A DNA stretch of 64,000 bases from an uncultured Bacteroidales bacterium (GCA_903845055.1 CAIMWF010000072.1:4173-68172), one strand, 5' to 3'. Numbered from the stretch's first letter, positions 16,229 to 25,349 are shown. A program made the numbers and translations. Notes: generated by a model not told the origin, from the letters alone.

Positions 16229-17665
16229 TTATAACTTAATCCGTTTGTCAAGTTCTTCGACGAACTGCCTGAACTGCTTGTCCGTTTCAACCAGGTTGTT
16301 GACTGTACGGCAGGCGTGAAGCACGGTGGCATGGTCCTTATTGCCGCAGTGCAGCCCGATGCTGGCCAGCGATGACTTGGTATGTTTCTTGGAGAAATAC
16401 ATGGAAAGCTGTCGTGCCTGGACAATTTCGCGTTTCCTTGTTTTCGAATGGATCAATTCGACCGGGATGTTGAAGTAGTCGCACACCACCTTCTGGATAT
16501 AGTCGATGGAAATTTCACGGGATGTGTTCTTGACAAATTTGTCAATCATCTGTTTGGCCAGGTCCAGGGTAATCGTTTTCTTGTTGAGTGACGATTGTGC
16601 CAGCAGGGAGATCAGGGCCCCTTCAAGTTCACGGACGTTGGTGTTGATGTTATAAGCTAGATATTCGACTACCTCGGCGGGGATCTGTATGCCGTCGTTG
16701 TAAAGCTTTTTGTGCAGGATGGCAATCCGTGTTTCAAGATCGGGCACCTGGAGGTCGGCAGAAAGTCCCCATTTGAAACGGGAGAGGAGCCTCGGTTCGA
16801 TGCCCTTCATCTCCACCGGCGGTTTGTCGGATGTGAGGATGATCTGGTTGCTCTTCTGGTGAAGATGGTTGAAAATATGAAAAAACACATCTTGGGTTTT
16901 TTCCTTCCCGGCCAGGTTGTGGATGTCATCGATGATCAGCACATCGATCATCTGGTAAAAATGGATAAAATCGTTGTGGTTGTTGTTCCTGACCGAATCG
17001 ATGAACTGGTTGATAAACTGGTCGGTTGTGACGTAAAGCACAGTTTTATCAGGAAAATTGTTCTTCACCTGCAGGCCTATGGCATGCGAGAGATGGGTTT
17101 TGCCCAGCCCGGTCTGACTATATAAAAGGAGCGGGTTGAAGGCGGTCTTACCGGGGTTGCCGGCAACAGCGAACCCGGCTGAACGTGCCAGCCTGTTGCA
17201 GTCGCCCTCTATGAAATTTTCAAAGGAATAACTCTCGATCAGTTGTGAGTTGATCTTGATCTTCTTCAACCCGGGAATAATGAACGGGTTCGGAATTTCT
17301 TTTGAGGTGCCTCGGTTTAAATCGATGGGCATGGAAACCGGTTGGTTTAAGGTTGCTTTTTTCTCTCCGGTGGGGACCTTTATTGTGTAGGGTCCTGGAT
17401 CACTGTCGCTATTGTCTACAATGATGCTGTATTCCAACCGGCCATCATTTCCCAATTCCTTTTTAATCGTTTTCTTCAGTAGGCCAATGTAATGTTCTTC
17501 CAGCCATTCGTAAAAGAACTGGCTGGGAACCTGAATCGTTAAAACCTGATCCTTCAGCTTGACGGCACGGATCGGATGAAACCAGGTTTTGAAACTTTGA
17601 TAATTAATATTATCTTTTATGACTTTTAGGCAATTTTCCCAAACTTCATCTGCGCTTTTTTCCAT
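16229..17665 (-). CDS. dnaA: Chromosomal replication initiator protein DnaA
   Basis: 478 aa. The AAA+ Walker A is 'SQTGLGKTHL' and Walker B is 'LIIDDIH'. The C-terminal domain IV is 'ASIGLHCGNKDHATVLHACR'. Confidence 0.95.
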   Translation of the reverse strand: MEKSADEVWENCLKVIKDNINYQSFKTWFHPIRAVKLKDQVLTIQVPSQFFYEWLEEHYIGLLKKTIKKELGNDGRLEYSIIVDNSDSDPGPYTIKVPTGEKKATLNQPVSMPIDLNRGTSKEIPNPFIIPGLKKIKINSQLIESYSFENFIEGDCNRLARSAGFAVAGNPGKTAFNPLLLYSQTGLGKTHLSHAIGLQVKNNFPDKTVLYVTTDQFINQFIDSVRNNNHNDFIHFYQMIDVLIIDDIHNLAGKEKTQDVFFHIFNHLHQKSNQIILTSDKPPVEMKGIEPRLLSRFKWGLSADLQVPDLETRIAILHKKLYNDGIQIPAEVVEYLAYNINTNVRELEGALISLLAQSSLNKKTITLDLAKQMIDKFVKNTSREISIDYIQKVVCDYFNIPVELIHSKTRKREIVQARQLSMYFSKKHTKSSLASIGLHCGNKDHATVLHACRTVNNLVETDKQFRQFVEELDKRIKL

Positions 17666-18058
17666 TAATTCAAATACCTGGAGGGTTTTATTGCTTACGT
17701 TTTTTTACCTGTATATTGGGTCGTTACGATCTTGTCCGCAAGCCAAAATCATCACTGGGAGGTATGCATTATTTAATTAACAAAATTGGGAAAAAAAAGT
17801 TGAAAAAAAAAATATTTCAGGCTTGATTTATAAAATATTTGTTTCCGAAATTTACCATATTCACGATGTTAAAGTCAGGCTCGAAAACCCTATTAAACAT
17901 GCCATCAATAGATTGAATATGGATCAACTGTCATCCGAATATCTTATTTAGAAAGTATCTAAATTTACTCAACCCTATGTGTCAATTAGTTAGCAAAATC
18001 AAAGGTTTCGCAATTTATACCGGGACTGGTTAACCCATAAAGTACCGATGCAAATCCT
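17666..18058. other. AT-rich 393-nt intergenic region upstream of dnaA (candidate oriC/DUE or dnaA regulatory region)
   Basis: This is the longest non-coding gap in the window. It contains A8 and A10 tracts (17791-17812). Only degenerate DnaA-box-like 9-mers are present (TTGTCCGCA at 17732-17740, TATGGATCA at 17918-17926, each with 2 mismatches). No perfect TTATCCACA was seen. Confidence 0.3.
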
Positions 18059-18667
18059 TCATTTCGAAGTAATTTTAACATTTTTTAGCCGCGTTAACCT
18101 CAACCGGATTTTTTCGCTCTGGCTTTTCCTTACCATAAAATCAATCTCACAATTCTCGGTCGATGACTGGTGCACGATTTTCACCCCCTCTTCCTTCATG
18201 ATCCGCATGATTTCGTTCATCATGGCATATTCAAAAGTGACCCTGAGTTGCTCCCTGATGACTTTTTCAACAACTTCAGCCTGGTCAAGCGCCTCGCGTG
18301 CAGTGGTCCTGTAGGCGTGAATCAGCCCGGGGATACCAAGCTTGGTCCCGCCGAAATAGCGAACCACAACGACCAGCACATCCGATAGCCCGGTTGAAAG
18401 TATCTGCCCGTAAATTGGCTTTCCAGCCGACCCTGATGGTTCTCCGTCATCATTTACGCGGTATTGCTGTTTTTCGTGGCCCAACCGGTAAGCGTAACAG
18501 TGATGGTTGGCATCATGGTAACTCTTTCGCAACTCCTCCAACCTGAGTTTAACCTCCTCTTCCGACGATACCGGGAGAGCAATTGCTATGAATTTACTTG
18601 CCTTTTCCCTGTAAATCCCACGGGACTCGCCCGAAACGGACAGATACGAATCGGTTGTAAGTTCCAT
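18059..18667 (-). CDS. yigZ: IMPACT/YigZ family protein (UPF0029)
   Basis: 'ASKFIAIALPVSSEEEV...YHDANHHCYAYRLG' is the characteristic YigZ N-domain motif. 202 aa. Confidence 0.8.
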   Translation of the reverse strand: MELTTDSYLSVSGESRGIYREKASKFIAIALPVSSEEEVKLRLEELRKSYHDANHHCYAYRLGHEKQQYRVNDDGEPSGSAGKPIYGQILSTGLSDVLVVVVRYFGGTKLGIPGLIHAYRTTAREALDQAEVVEKVIREQLRVTFEYAMMNEIMRIMKEEGVKIVHQSSTENCEIDFMVRKSQSEKIRLRLTRLKNVKITSK

Positions 18668-18701
18668 TGCTGCTAAATTACTTTTTTTCTAACTTCGGCG
18701 A

Positions 18702-19598
18702 ATGAAAATATCTCCTGTCACCCCAAATTTTCTGTCCGGGGAATTTCTTGACCGGCTTTCGGACAGTTATCCACCCGAAGAGATCAGGCAATTCCTGCGG
18801 CTGCTCTTCGAAGAATACCTGGGCTGGTCGAAAATGCAGCTCCATCTTTCGGGCGGGACGGAGATTCCTGCCGGCCCTCTTCCCATGTTTTACGCTGCCC
18901 TTTCAAGGTTGCAGGCGGGAGAACCGCTGCAGTACATCCTGGGCAAGGCCTGGTTCGACGGCATGGCGCTGAAGGTTGGTCCGGGGGTTCTCATTCCCCG
19001 CCCCGAAACCGAAGAAATGTGTTCTATCATCGGCAACGACCACCGGGAAATAAAAGATGAGGTGATGACTGTCCTGGACATTGGGACCGGTTCGGGCTGT
19101 ATTGCAATCGACCTGAAAAGGCGGTTTCCAAATGCCCGGGTTACTGCCGTGGAGGTGTCGGAAATCGCCCTCTTTATGGCAGAAGAGAACGCCCGTGAAC
19201 AACAGTGCGATATCAACTTTGTCCTTGCCGACGTCCTGAACATGGACGAAGATCTGGTTACAGGTGCTTACCATATTATTGTCAGCAACCCTCCCTATGT
19301 GACAGGAAATGACAGGCTGAAGATGCGCCGCAACGTCACGGAGCATGAACCGCCGATGGCCCTGTTTGTCCCCGATGAAAGCCCGTTGTTGTTTTACCAT
19401 GCGATCGCACGATTTGCAGTGACACACCTGGGCCCTGGCGGTCATCTGTATTTCGAAATCAATGAAAAGTATGGCAACGAGATTAAAACCCTGCAGGAAA
19501 ATCTTTCCCTTAACGGTGTTGAAATCCTGAAGGACCTGAACGGAAAAGAACGGTTTACCAGGGCTGCTTCAGGAGTTCCTTCAGTTCGGCATTCGTGA
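18702..19598 (+). CDS. prmC: Peptide chain release factor N5-glutamine methyltransferase
   Basis: 'VLDIGTGSGCIAI' is the SAM motif I and 'IIVSNPPYV' the NPPY catalytic motif. ATG start. Confidence 0.85.
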   Translation: MKISPVTPNFLSGEFLDRLSDSYPPEEIRQFLRLLFEEYLGWSKMQLHLSGGTEIPAGPLPMFYAALSRLQAGEPLQYILGKAWFDGMALKVGPGVLIPRPETEEMCSIIGNDHREIKDEVMTVLDIGTGSGCIAIDLKRRFPNARVTAVEVSEIALFMAEENAREQQCDINFVLADVLNMDEDLVTGAYHIIVSNPPYVTGNDRLKMRRNVTEHEPPMALFVPDESPLLFYHAIARFAVTHLGPGGHLYFEINEKYGNEIKTLQENLSLNGVEILKDLNGKERFTRAASGVPSVRHS

Positions 19599-20709
19599 GA
19601 AATATATCGGTAATCCCTGATGAATAGGGGGCGATCTCATACTGGTTGTAACAGAACCCGATCCCGTTCTCGTTGAGGTAGAAATTCCGGGTGGGTTGTA
19701 TTTTGTCGGTAAAATATCCGATATCGCTTAATTTGTGCGATCCGGGCAGATGCCTGTTTTTGCGCAGTTTGCCTGTCAGTAAAACCGAAAGTTCATCCTC
19801 GTAGCCGGGTTTGAAAAGATCGGCCAGGCCCAAAACCTTCCCGGTCTTCATGTCGACGGTCGAAAACTGGTGGGTCGCATTTCCATGGGCCCCGCCCGTA
19901 AAAATGTAGCTGAAAATCCCGTACGAAACCCGGTGGTTAGCGTTATAACAGATATAAACTGCACGGTTAAGTTCCCACGAATAGCTGGCCCCGGGCATCT
20001 CCTTGTATAGCTCACGGTTATCTCTGACATAATCGTTGAAAAAATCCTGCCTGATCATGGTCAGGAGGTTATCCTGTGTTCCCCGGGCAAAGCTTTTTTC
20101 AGGGAAATTCCGCAGGATCTGCGCGTGCAGCGAATCGGCATTCCATGGTCCGGGTGCTGCGAACGGCAGCAAAAGGGCAAGTTTGATCGTTGCCATGGGC
20201 GATTTTGCATCGGGAATCAGCTTCGCCCTGTCGGCAAGGTATTGAACCGAGAACCTGGAGCTGCCTTCGGGAAAGTTATCGGTAAGTTTAAACGGTTCTT
20301 TTTTAATTCCGGCAGCGGCAAGTTCCCAGGTTGCATTGATCGGCCCGTCGTCGGTGTATTTCCCGCTGATTATAGGCCCGCCATCCCCGGGCCATTCCCG
20401 GTCTTCCCGGAGCCTGAAAGTTCCCGATTTGTTCATTTTCCCTGAAAAAAGGACCAGGACAGGCTCGTCTGTCGTTGTCCATGGACTTTCCAGGTGGCCG
20501 GTAAAAAGACAGGAATACTCTCCATACAAGCTGTCATTGACTTTGACAAGGTTCATGATGATGTGCAATTGGGTCCCGACGTTACCCGTAAGCTGCCGGT
20601 AACAAAATTTCTGAGAATGTTGCTGCGCTTCGGCCTTCCGGTTAACCGACATCATGGCAAGTGCAAGCAGAAAATATATAGAAATTCGTTTCATGGTTTT
20701 TGTTTTCAA
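19555..20709 (-). CDS. Secreted DUF3298/DUF4163-type domain protein
   Basis: N-terminal signal peptide 'MKRISIYFLLALAMMSVNRKAEA'. 'YIFTGGAHGNATHQFSTVDMKTGKVL' is the hallmark of DUF3298. Confidence 0.65.
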   Translation of the reverse strand: MKTKTMKRISIYFLLALAMMSVNRKAEAQQHSQKFCYRQLTGNVGTQLHIIMNLVKVNDSLYGEYSCLFTGHLESPWTTTDEPVLVLFSGKMNKSGTFRLREDREWPGDGGPIISGKYTDDGPINATWELAAAGIKKEPFKLTDNFPEGSSRFSVQYLADRAKLIPDAKSPMATIKLALLLPFAAPGPWNADSLHAQILRNFPEKSFARGTQDNLLTMIRQDFFNDYVRDNRELYKEMPGASYSWELNRAVYICYNANHRVSYGIFSYIFTGGAHGNATHQFSTVDMKTGKVLGLADLFKPGYEDELSVLLTGKLRKNRHLPGSHKLSDIGYFTDKIQPTRNFYLNENGIGFCYNQYEIAPYSSGITDIFLTNAELKELLKQPW

Positions 20710-21368
20710 CGGTTTCCAAAAATGGTCGTACCGATCCTGATCATGGTGCTCCCTTCCTCCAATGCAATCTGATAATCACCTGACATTCCCATTGAAATCT
20801 CCCTGAAGAATGCCTCATCCATGAAATACGCTGATTTCAGCTCCCTGAAATATTCAACAAGCGTCCTGAACTCTTTCCGCGTCAGCGATTTATCCTCTGT
20901 AAAACTTCCCATGCCCATCACACCGGTGATCCGGATGTTCTTCATCGTGCCGTATTCATCCGATTCAAGCAATTGACAGGCCTCAATGGGGGAGAGGCCG
21001 AACTTGGTCTCTTCGGTGGCAATGTGGAACTGCAGCAGGCAATCGATTGTCCGCTTGTTTTTCATGGCTTCACGGTTTACCTCACCCAGCAGTTTAAGGC
21101 TGTCGATACTGTGAATCAGGGAGATAAAGGCGGCAATGTACTTGATTTTGTTCGATTGCAGGTGACCTATAAACTGCCATTCGATATCCGGAGGGAGTTG
21201 TGCATGCTTCAGGACAAGTTCCCGGGCCTTGTTCTCCCCGAAAATCCGCTGTCCGGCTTCATAGGCCTCCACGATGGCGGAAGCCGGTTTCGTTTTCGAA
21301 ACGGCGACTATCCTGACATCACCCGGGATGGTTTGCTGAAGCCGCAGAAGATTCTGAGAAATGCTCAA
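20706..21368 (-). CDS. yggS: YggS family pyridoxal-phosphate homeostasis protein
   Basis: 'VRIVAVSKTKP' carries the PLP-lysine, followed by 'FGENKARE'. A TTG at 21368 gives 'MSISQNLLRL', the usual YggS N-terminus, and a TAnnTTTG box lies at 21446-21453. The track's ATG at 21470 adds 34 atypical residues. The 5' end remains uncertain. Confidence 0.75.
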   Translation of the reverse strand: MSISQNLLRLQQTIPGDVRIVAVSKTKPASAIVEAYEAGQRIFGENKARELVLKHAQLPPDIEWQFIGHLQSNKIKYIAAFISLIHSIDSLKLLGEVNREAMKNKRTIDCLLQFHIATEETKFGLSPIEACQLLESDEYGTMKNIRITGVMGMGSFTEDKSLTRKEFRTLVEYFRELKSAYFMDEAFFREISMGMSGDYQIALEEGSTMIRIGTTIFGNR

Positions 21369-21445
21369 GGGATATGCAGTTATATTGGTTAGGCTGTTCA
21401 CAGATCCCGGCAGAGTTGAACGGATTTGCGGGGCAATGATCATAA

Positions 21446-21453
21446 CAAAAATA
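21446..21453 (-). promoter_or_regulatory. Candidate -7 promoter box (TAnnTTTG) for yggS
   Basis: The minus strand reads TATTTTTG. It lies inside the longest-ORF extension, which argues for the downstream TTG start at 21368. Confidence 0.4.
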
Positions 21454-21480
21454 CAAATTGTAGCGTTCATGAGATAAACT

Positions 21481-21488
21481 TACCTTTG
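21481..21488 (+). promoter_or_regulatory. Candidate -7 promoter box for the LTA-synthase-family gene
   Basis: TACCTTTG, 14 nt upstream of the ATG. Confidence 0.55.
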
Positions 21489-21501
21489 CATTTTCATCCA
21501 T

Positions 21502-23358
21502 ATGCGGAAAATAGTCATCTCCCTCTTACGCCAGCTTGCTTTCTGGATCCTTTTTTTTAACCTGACCAGGTTGATTTTCCTTCTCTATTACGTGAAAATC
21601 ATCATAGTAGAGAAGATACTCCTTGCAGAGATCCTTGGTGTTTTCTGGCATTCCTTCAAACTAGACCTGGCCACCGCGTGTTACATCCTTGTTTTCCCTT
21701 ATTTACTTCTTGCTTTCCAGACGGTATGGAGCCCCCGGTGGCTGAATTTACTGAATAAAATTTACAGTTCCTTCCTGGTCGTGGCATATTCCCTGACAGC
21801 TGCCGGCGAAATGGGCATTTACGCCGAATGGAAGACCAAACTGAATTATAAGGTTATAAAATATTTCAGCCATCCCGGTGAAATCTTCAACTCAGCCGAA
21901 ACCGGTACCTTTTACCTTCTCATCATTCTTTTTATACTGTTGTGTGCTGCCGGGATCATTGCCTATATAAAGCTGTTTTACCAGGACCAGGAAAAACAGG
22001 CACGGAACTACTTGTTTTCACTTGGTTTTATTGTCATTACGCCGGGATTGTTGTTCATAGGCCTCAGGGGCGGAACCCAGCAGATCCCCATCAACCAGAG
22101 TGAGTCGTACTATTCCGACCACAACATTCTCAACATTGCTTCGGTAAACAATGCCTTCAACCTGTATATCAGCGTATTTGAAAACCTTAAGAATTTCGAC
22201 CACGATCCGTACATGTTCATGAAACCGGAAGAGGCCTCGCGGGTGATGGAAAAGGTTTTCAGGACGCCGAAAGATACCACCACGAGCATCCTGACGACCC
22301 GCCGGCCGAACATTGTCCTGCTTATCCTTGAAAGCTGGTCGGCCGATCTCATTGAGGACCTGGGCGGTAAGCCGGGAATCACCCCTGAATTCAAAAAACT
22401 GGAAAAGAATGGCATCCTGTTCGATTCGGTATATGCCTCAGGATCGAGGTCGGAGCAGGGGATGGCCTCGATCTTCGGAGGGTTCCCGGCGCACCCGGTG
22501 AGTTCAATCACGGTTCAACCCGACAAATTCGTTAAGTTGCCCAGCCTGGTAAAGGAGCTGATGCAAAACGGTTACCGCACCGCCTTTTATTTCGGCGGAC
22601 AGCTTATTTACGGCAATATTAAAAGTTATATCATCTTCAACGGTTTCAACCAGATCATGGAAGGGGCAGATTTCCCGAAAGCCTTGCCGCAGGGGAAACT
22701 TGGGATCCACGATGAATTCACCCTTGGCTATCTTTCCGGCGATGTCGGAAAGATGAAACAACCCTTTTTTGCGGCCCTCTTCACCCTGAGTACCCATTCG
22801 CCATGGGACCAGCCATACGGCAAGCCCCTCGACTGGGGAGATAATGAGCACCAGTACATCAACGCAGCCTATTACACCGATCGCTGTCTCGGCGCCTTTT
22901 TTGAAACAGCGAAGAAGCAGCCATGGTATGACAGCACCCTTTTCATACTGGTGGCCGACCACAGTCATAATTCATACAGGAACTGGCATCCGCAATCGCG
23001 CGAGTACCATAAGATCCCGATGCTTTTCTACGGTAATGTCATCCGGCCGGAGTACCGCGGTACCATGTGGCACAGGCTGGGCAACCAGCATGACCTGGCG
23101 GCCACCCTCCTCGGGCAATTACAACTTCCTTCAGGGAAATTCAGGTTCAGCAAAAACCTCTTCAACCCGACAGCACCCCGGTTTGCCTATTATTCAACAG
23201 AAGACGGAGTTGGCTGGGTGCGGCCAAACGGCTATTTCACCTACGAGAAAAAGTCCGATTTTTATTACTGGTGGACAGATCCCAACCTCCCGGATTCGAT
23301 CAGGCAGGAGGGGAAGGCATTTCTGCAGACTGTCTTTTCGATTTACATGAACAATTGA
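21502..23358 (+). CDS. LTA synthase family protein (membrane-anchored alkaline-phosphatase/sulfatase-fold transferase)
   Basis: About 5 N-terminal TM helices, then 'NIVLLILESWSAD' and 'VADHSH', which are sulfatase-fold motifs. Confidence 0.75.
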   Translation: MRKIVISLLRQLAFWILFFNLTRLIFLLYYVKIIIVEKILLAEILGVFWHSFKLDLATACYILVFPYLLLAFQTVWSPRWLNLLNKIYSSFLVVAYSLTAAGEMGIYAEWKTKLNYKVIKYFSHPGEIFNSAETGTFYLLIILFILLCAAGIIAYIKLFYQDQEKQARNYLFSLGFIVITPGLLFIGLRGGTQQIPINQSESYYSDHNILNIASVNNAFNLYISVFENLKNFDHDPYMFMKPEEASRVMEKVFRTPKDTTTSILTTRRPNIVLLILESWSADLIEDLGGKPGITPEFKKLEKNGILFDSVYASGSRSEQGMASIFGGFPAHPVSSITVQPDKFVKLPSLVKELMQNGYRTAFYFGGQLIYGNIKSYIIFNGFNQIMEGADFPKALPQGKLGIHDEFTLGYLSGDVGKMKQPFFAALFTLSTHSPWDQPYGKPLDWGDNEHQYINAAYYTDRCLGAFFETAKKQPWYDSTLFILVADHSHNSYRNWHPQSREYHKIPMLFYGNVIRPEYRGTMWHRLGNQHDLAATLLGQLQLPSGKFRFSKNLFNPTAPRFAYYSTEDGVGWVRPNGYFTYEKKSDFYYWWTDPNLPDSIRQEGKAFLQTVFSIYMNN

Positions 23359-23361
23359 AAA

Positions 23362-23392
23362 AAGCCGGAAGGCACTGCGACGCTTCCGGCTT
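23362..23392 (-). terminator. Rho-independent terminator between convergent genes (T-run on the minus strand, after the DUF1015 gene)
   Basis: A 10-bp perfect stem, aagccggaag (23362-23371) with cttccggctt (23383-23392), and an 11-nt loop. The A-run at 23358-23363 reads as a U-run on the minus-strand transcript. Confidence 0.7.
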
Positions 23393-23423
23393 GTGATGAT
23401 GAAAACTCCTGATTCATAAGGAT

Positions 23424-24671
23424 TTATTCGAGAGTGTGCACGACCAGTCCCGACCTCAGTTTCGGTTCAAACCATGTGGTTTTGGGAGGCATGATGTTTC
23501 CTGAATCAGCAATGTCGATCAATTGTTTCATCGAAACAGGGTAAAGTGCGAAGGCAGCCTGCATCTCGCCGCTGTCGACCCTTTTCTGCAATTCTCCCAA
23601 TCCCCGGATGCCCCCGACGAAATCGATGCGGTTGGAGGTGCGCAGATCTTTGATATCGAGAATTTCGTCAAGCACCAGCCGCGAAAGGATGGTCACATCG
23701 AGCACGCCGATAGGATCGTTGTCGTTGAAAGTGCCCGGTTTGGCAGTCATTGAATACCAGCAACCTTCCAGGTACAGGCCGAAATTATGCAAAGAAAACG
23801 GTTTGAAAATTTCAGGTCCCTTGCGTTCAATGGTGAAAACGGTTGATAGCTTTTCCAGGAAAGTCTCCTTTGAAAGTCCGTTCAAATCCTTAACCACCCG
23901 GTTGTAGTCTATGATGGTAAGCTGGTCGTCGGGAAAATGAACGGCGAGAAAAAAGTTATACTCCTCCGTACCGTTGTGAGCGGGATTGGCGAGTTTTTTC
24001 TCGTTCCCGACCAGGGCGGCGGCGGCGGTGCGGTGGTGGCCGTCGGCAACGTAAGTAAATGGGACTTTTGCAAATAGAGCGACAACCTCTCCGATGATCG
24101 CCTGGTCGGTGATCACCCAGAAATGGTGACCGACGCCATCGTCAGCGACAAAATCATACATCGGTGCATTGTTTTTGACAAAGCCGGCAACAACCTTATC
24201 GATCGCAGGAACGGCAGGATATGTAAAAAAAACCGGTTCCATGTTGGCATTCGTGATGCGTACATGTTTCATCCGGTCCTCTTCCTTATCTTTGCGGGTC
24301 AGCTCATGTTTTTTAATGATCCCCTCGAGGTAATCGGCAACACCGGCGCACCCCACGATACCATACTGGGTTTTGCCGTTCATGGTCTGTGCGTAGATGT
24401 ATAGGAGGTCGGCGCCATCAGGCTCCAGCCATCCCTGTTTCCTGAAAAGGTCGAAATTTTCCTTCGCCTTGTCGTAAACCTGCTGTGAGTGGATATCCAC
24501 GGAGGCAGGAAGGTCAATTTCGGGTTTGATGATATGTAACAGGGAATAGGGATTGCCCATGGCCTCTTCGCGGGCCTCTTCCGAATTCAGCACATCGTAA
24601 GGCCGCGAGGCCAGTTTTCTGGAGATCGCAACAGGAGGTCTCAATCCTTTGAATGGTTTTAGAATAGCCAT
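23424..24671 (-). CDS. DUF1015 domain-containing protein
   Basis: 'MAILKPFKGLRPP' is the characteristic DUF1015 N-terminus. 415 aa. It lies downstream of serC-serA on the same strand. Confidence 0.8.
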   Translation of the reverse strand: MAILKPFKGLRPPVAISRKLASRPYDVLNSEEAREEAMGNPYSLLHIIKPEIDLPASVDIHSQQVYDKAKENFDLFRKQGWLEPDGADLLYIYAQTMNGKTQYGIVGCAGVADYLEGIIKKHELTRKDKEEDRMKHVRITNANMEPVFFTYPAVPAIDKVVAGFVKNNAPMYDFVADDGVGHHFWVITDQAIIGEVVALFAKVPFTYVADGHHRTAAAALVGNEKKLANPAHNGTEEYNFFLAVHFPDDQLTIIDYNRVVKDLNGLSKETFLEKLSTVFTIERKGPEIFKPFSLHNFGLYLEGCWYSMTAKPGTFNDNDPIGVLDVTILSRLVLDEILDIKDLRTSNRIDFVGGIRGLGELQKRVDSGEMQAAFALYPVSMKQLIDIADSGNIMPPKTTWFEPKLRSGLVVHTLE

Positions 24672-24750
24672 AAAGTAGTGTTAGTTAGGTTAGTCGGTAA
24701 TTCAATGTTAATAAAATAGAAAGGGAGAAGGGGTGGAAACAATTTAAGAA

Positions 24751-24772
24751 TTACGATTTACGATTTACGATT
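24751..24772. repeat. Tandem heptamer array (TTACGAT)x3, the reverse complement of AATCGTA; left arm of an inverted repeat
   Basis: Read directly: ttacgatttacgatttacgatt. Confidence 0.9.
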
Positions 24773-24816
24773 GAAAAGAAATCGCCGGGTTTTCCCCTTA
24801 AACAATCCATTTTATC

Positions 24817-24841
24817 AATCGTCAATCGTCAATCGTAAATC
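24817..24841. repeat. Tandem heptamer array AATCGTC-AATCGTC-AATCGTA-AATC; right arm of an inverted repeat
   Basis: Read directly. 21 of 23 positions are complementary to 24751-24773, with a 42-nt spacer. It abuts the stop codon of the four-helix-bundle gene. Confidence 0.9.
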
Positions 24842-24843
24842 CA

Positions 24844-25269
24844 CTATTCCATACTGTCATCATCATCAAGTTCACCCGGCTTAACACTTCGCTGCAACGA
24901 TCCGATCAGCGCGCCGATCATCTTGGTCATCTCCATCAGGTGATTTTTTGAATCATCGTATGCGGCGGCGGTGATGAAGGCACGGCTTTGGGCGACCGTG
25001 GACAACACGACACATTCTCTGACGGAACTCTTTGCCATTTTAAGATAATAGACAAACTGACTCTTGTTCCGGGACGAACCTTCGGCAATATTCAGTGCAA
25101 TGCCGTTGGCGGATGTCAGAAACCTGTCAAAAAACGTTTTCATGAAAGGATCATCCTTGGTATTCTTCGCCATCAGGTATACCCAATCAACGTATTCAAG
25201 AGCCTTGTGATAAATTCTCAGGTCTTCAAATCTAAAGAAGGTAGTGGGTCTTTCGTGTTCGTTTTCCAT
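24844..25269 (-). CDS. Four-helix-bundle protein (23S rRNA intervening-sequence protein / Avd-like family)
   Basis: 141 aa. 'YHKALEYVDWVY', 'IAEGSSRNKSQFVYYLKMAKSSVRECVVLS' and a C-terminal helix fit the family pattern. Confidence 0.75.
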   Translation of the reverse strand: MENEHERPTTFFRFEDLRIYHKALEYVDWVYLMAKNTKDDPFMKTFFDRFLTSANGIALNIAEGSSRNKSQFVYYLKMAKSSVRECVVLSTVAQSRAFITAAAYDDSKNHLMEMTKMIGALIGSLQRSVKPGELDDDDSME

Positions 25270-25349
25270 GGTTAGTTCAGATTATTAAATGAAAGTGTAG
25301 AAAATTGGTCCCTGTTCTTATGATGATAGCAACAAAGCAACCCTGCGGT

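Noticed and set aside
15736-16425. The 229-aa version of the phosphatase ORF, which overlaps the last ~200 nt of dnaA.
   Set aside because: The phosphatase fold begins at 'INILFVCTGNICRS'. The extension has no homology-like features and would overlap the conserved DnaA domain IV. A TTG at 16212 sits 17 nt after the dnaA stop.
17791-17812. A8 and A10 homopolymer tracts as possible phase-variation switches.
   Set aside because: They lie more than 120 nt from either flanking start codon, in a generally AT-rich spacer, and do not sit between recognisable -33 and -7 promoter elements. This is more consistent with an unwinding or curved-DNA region than with a contingency locus.
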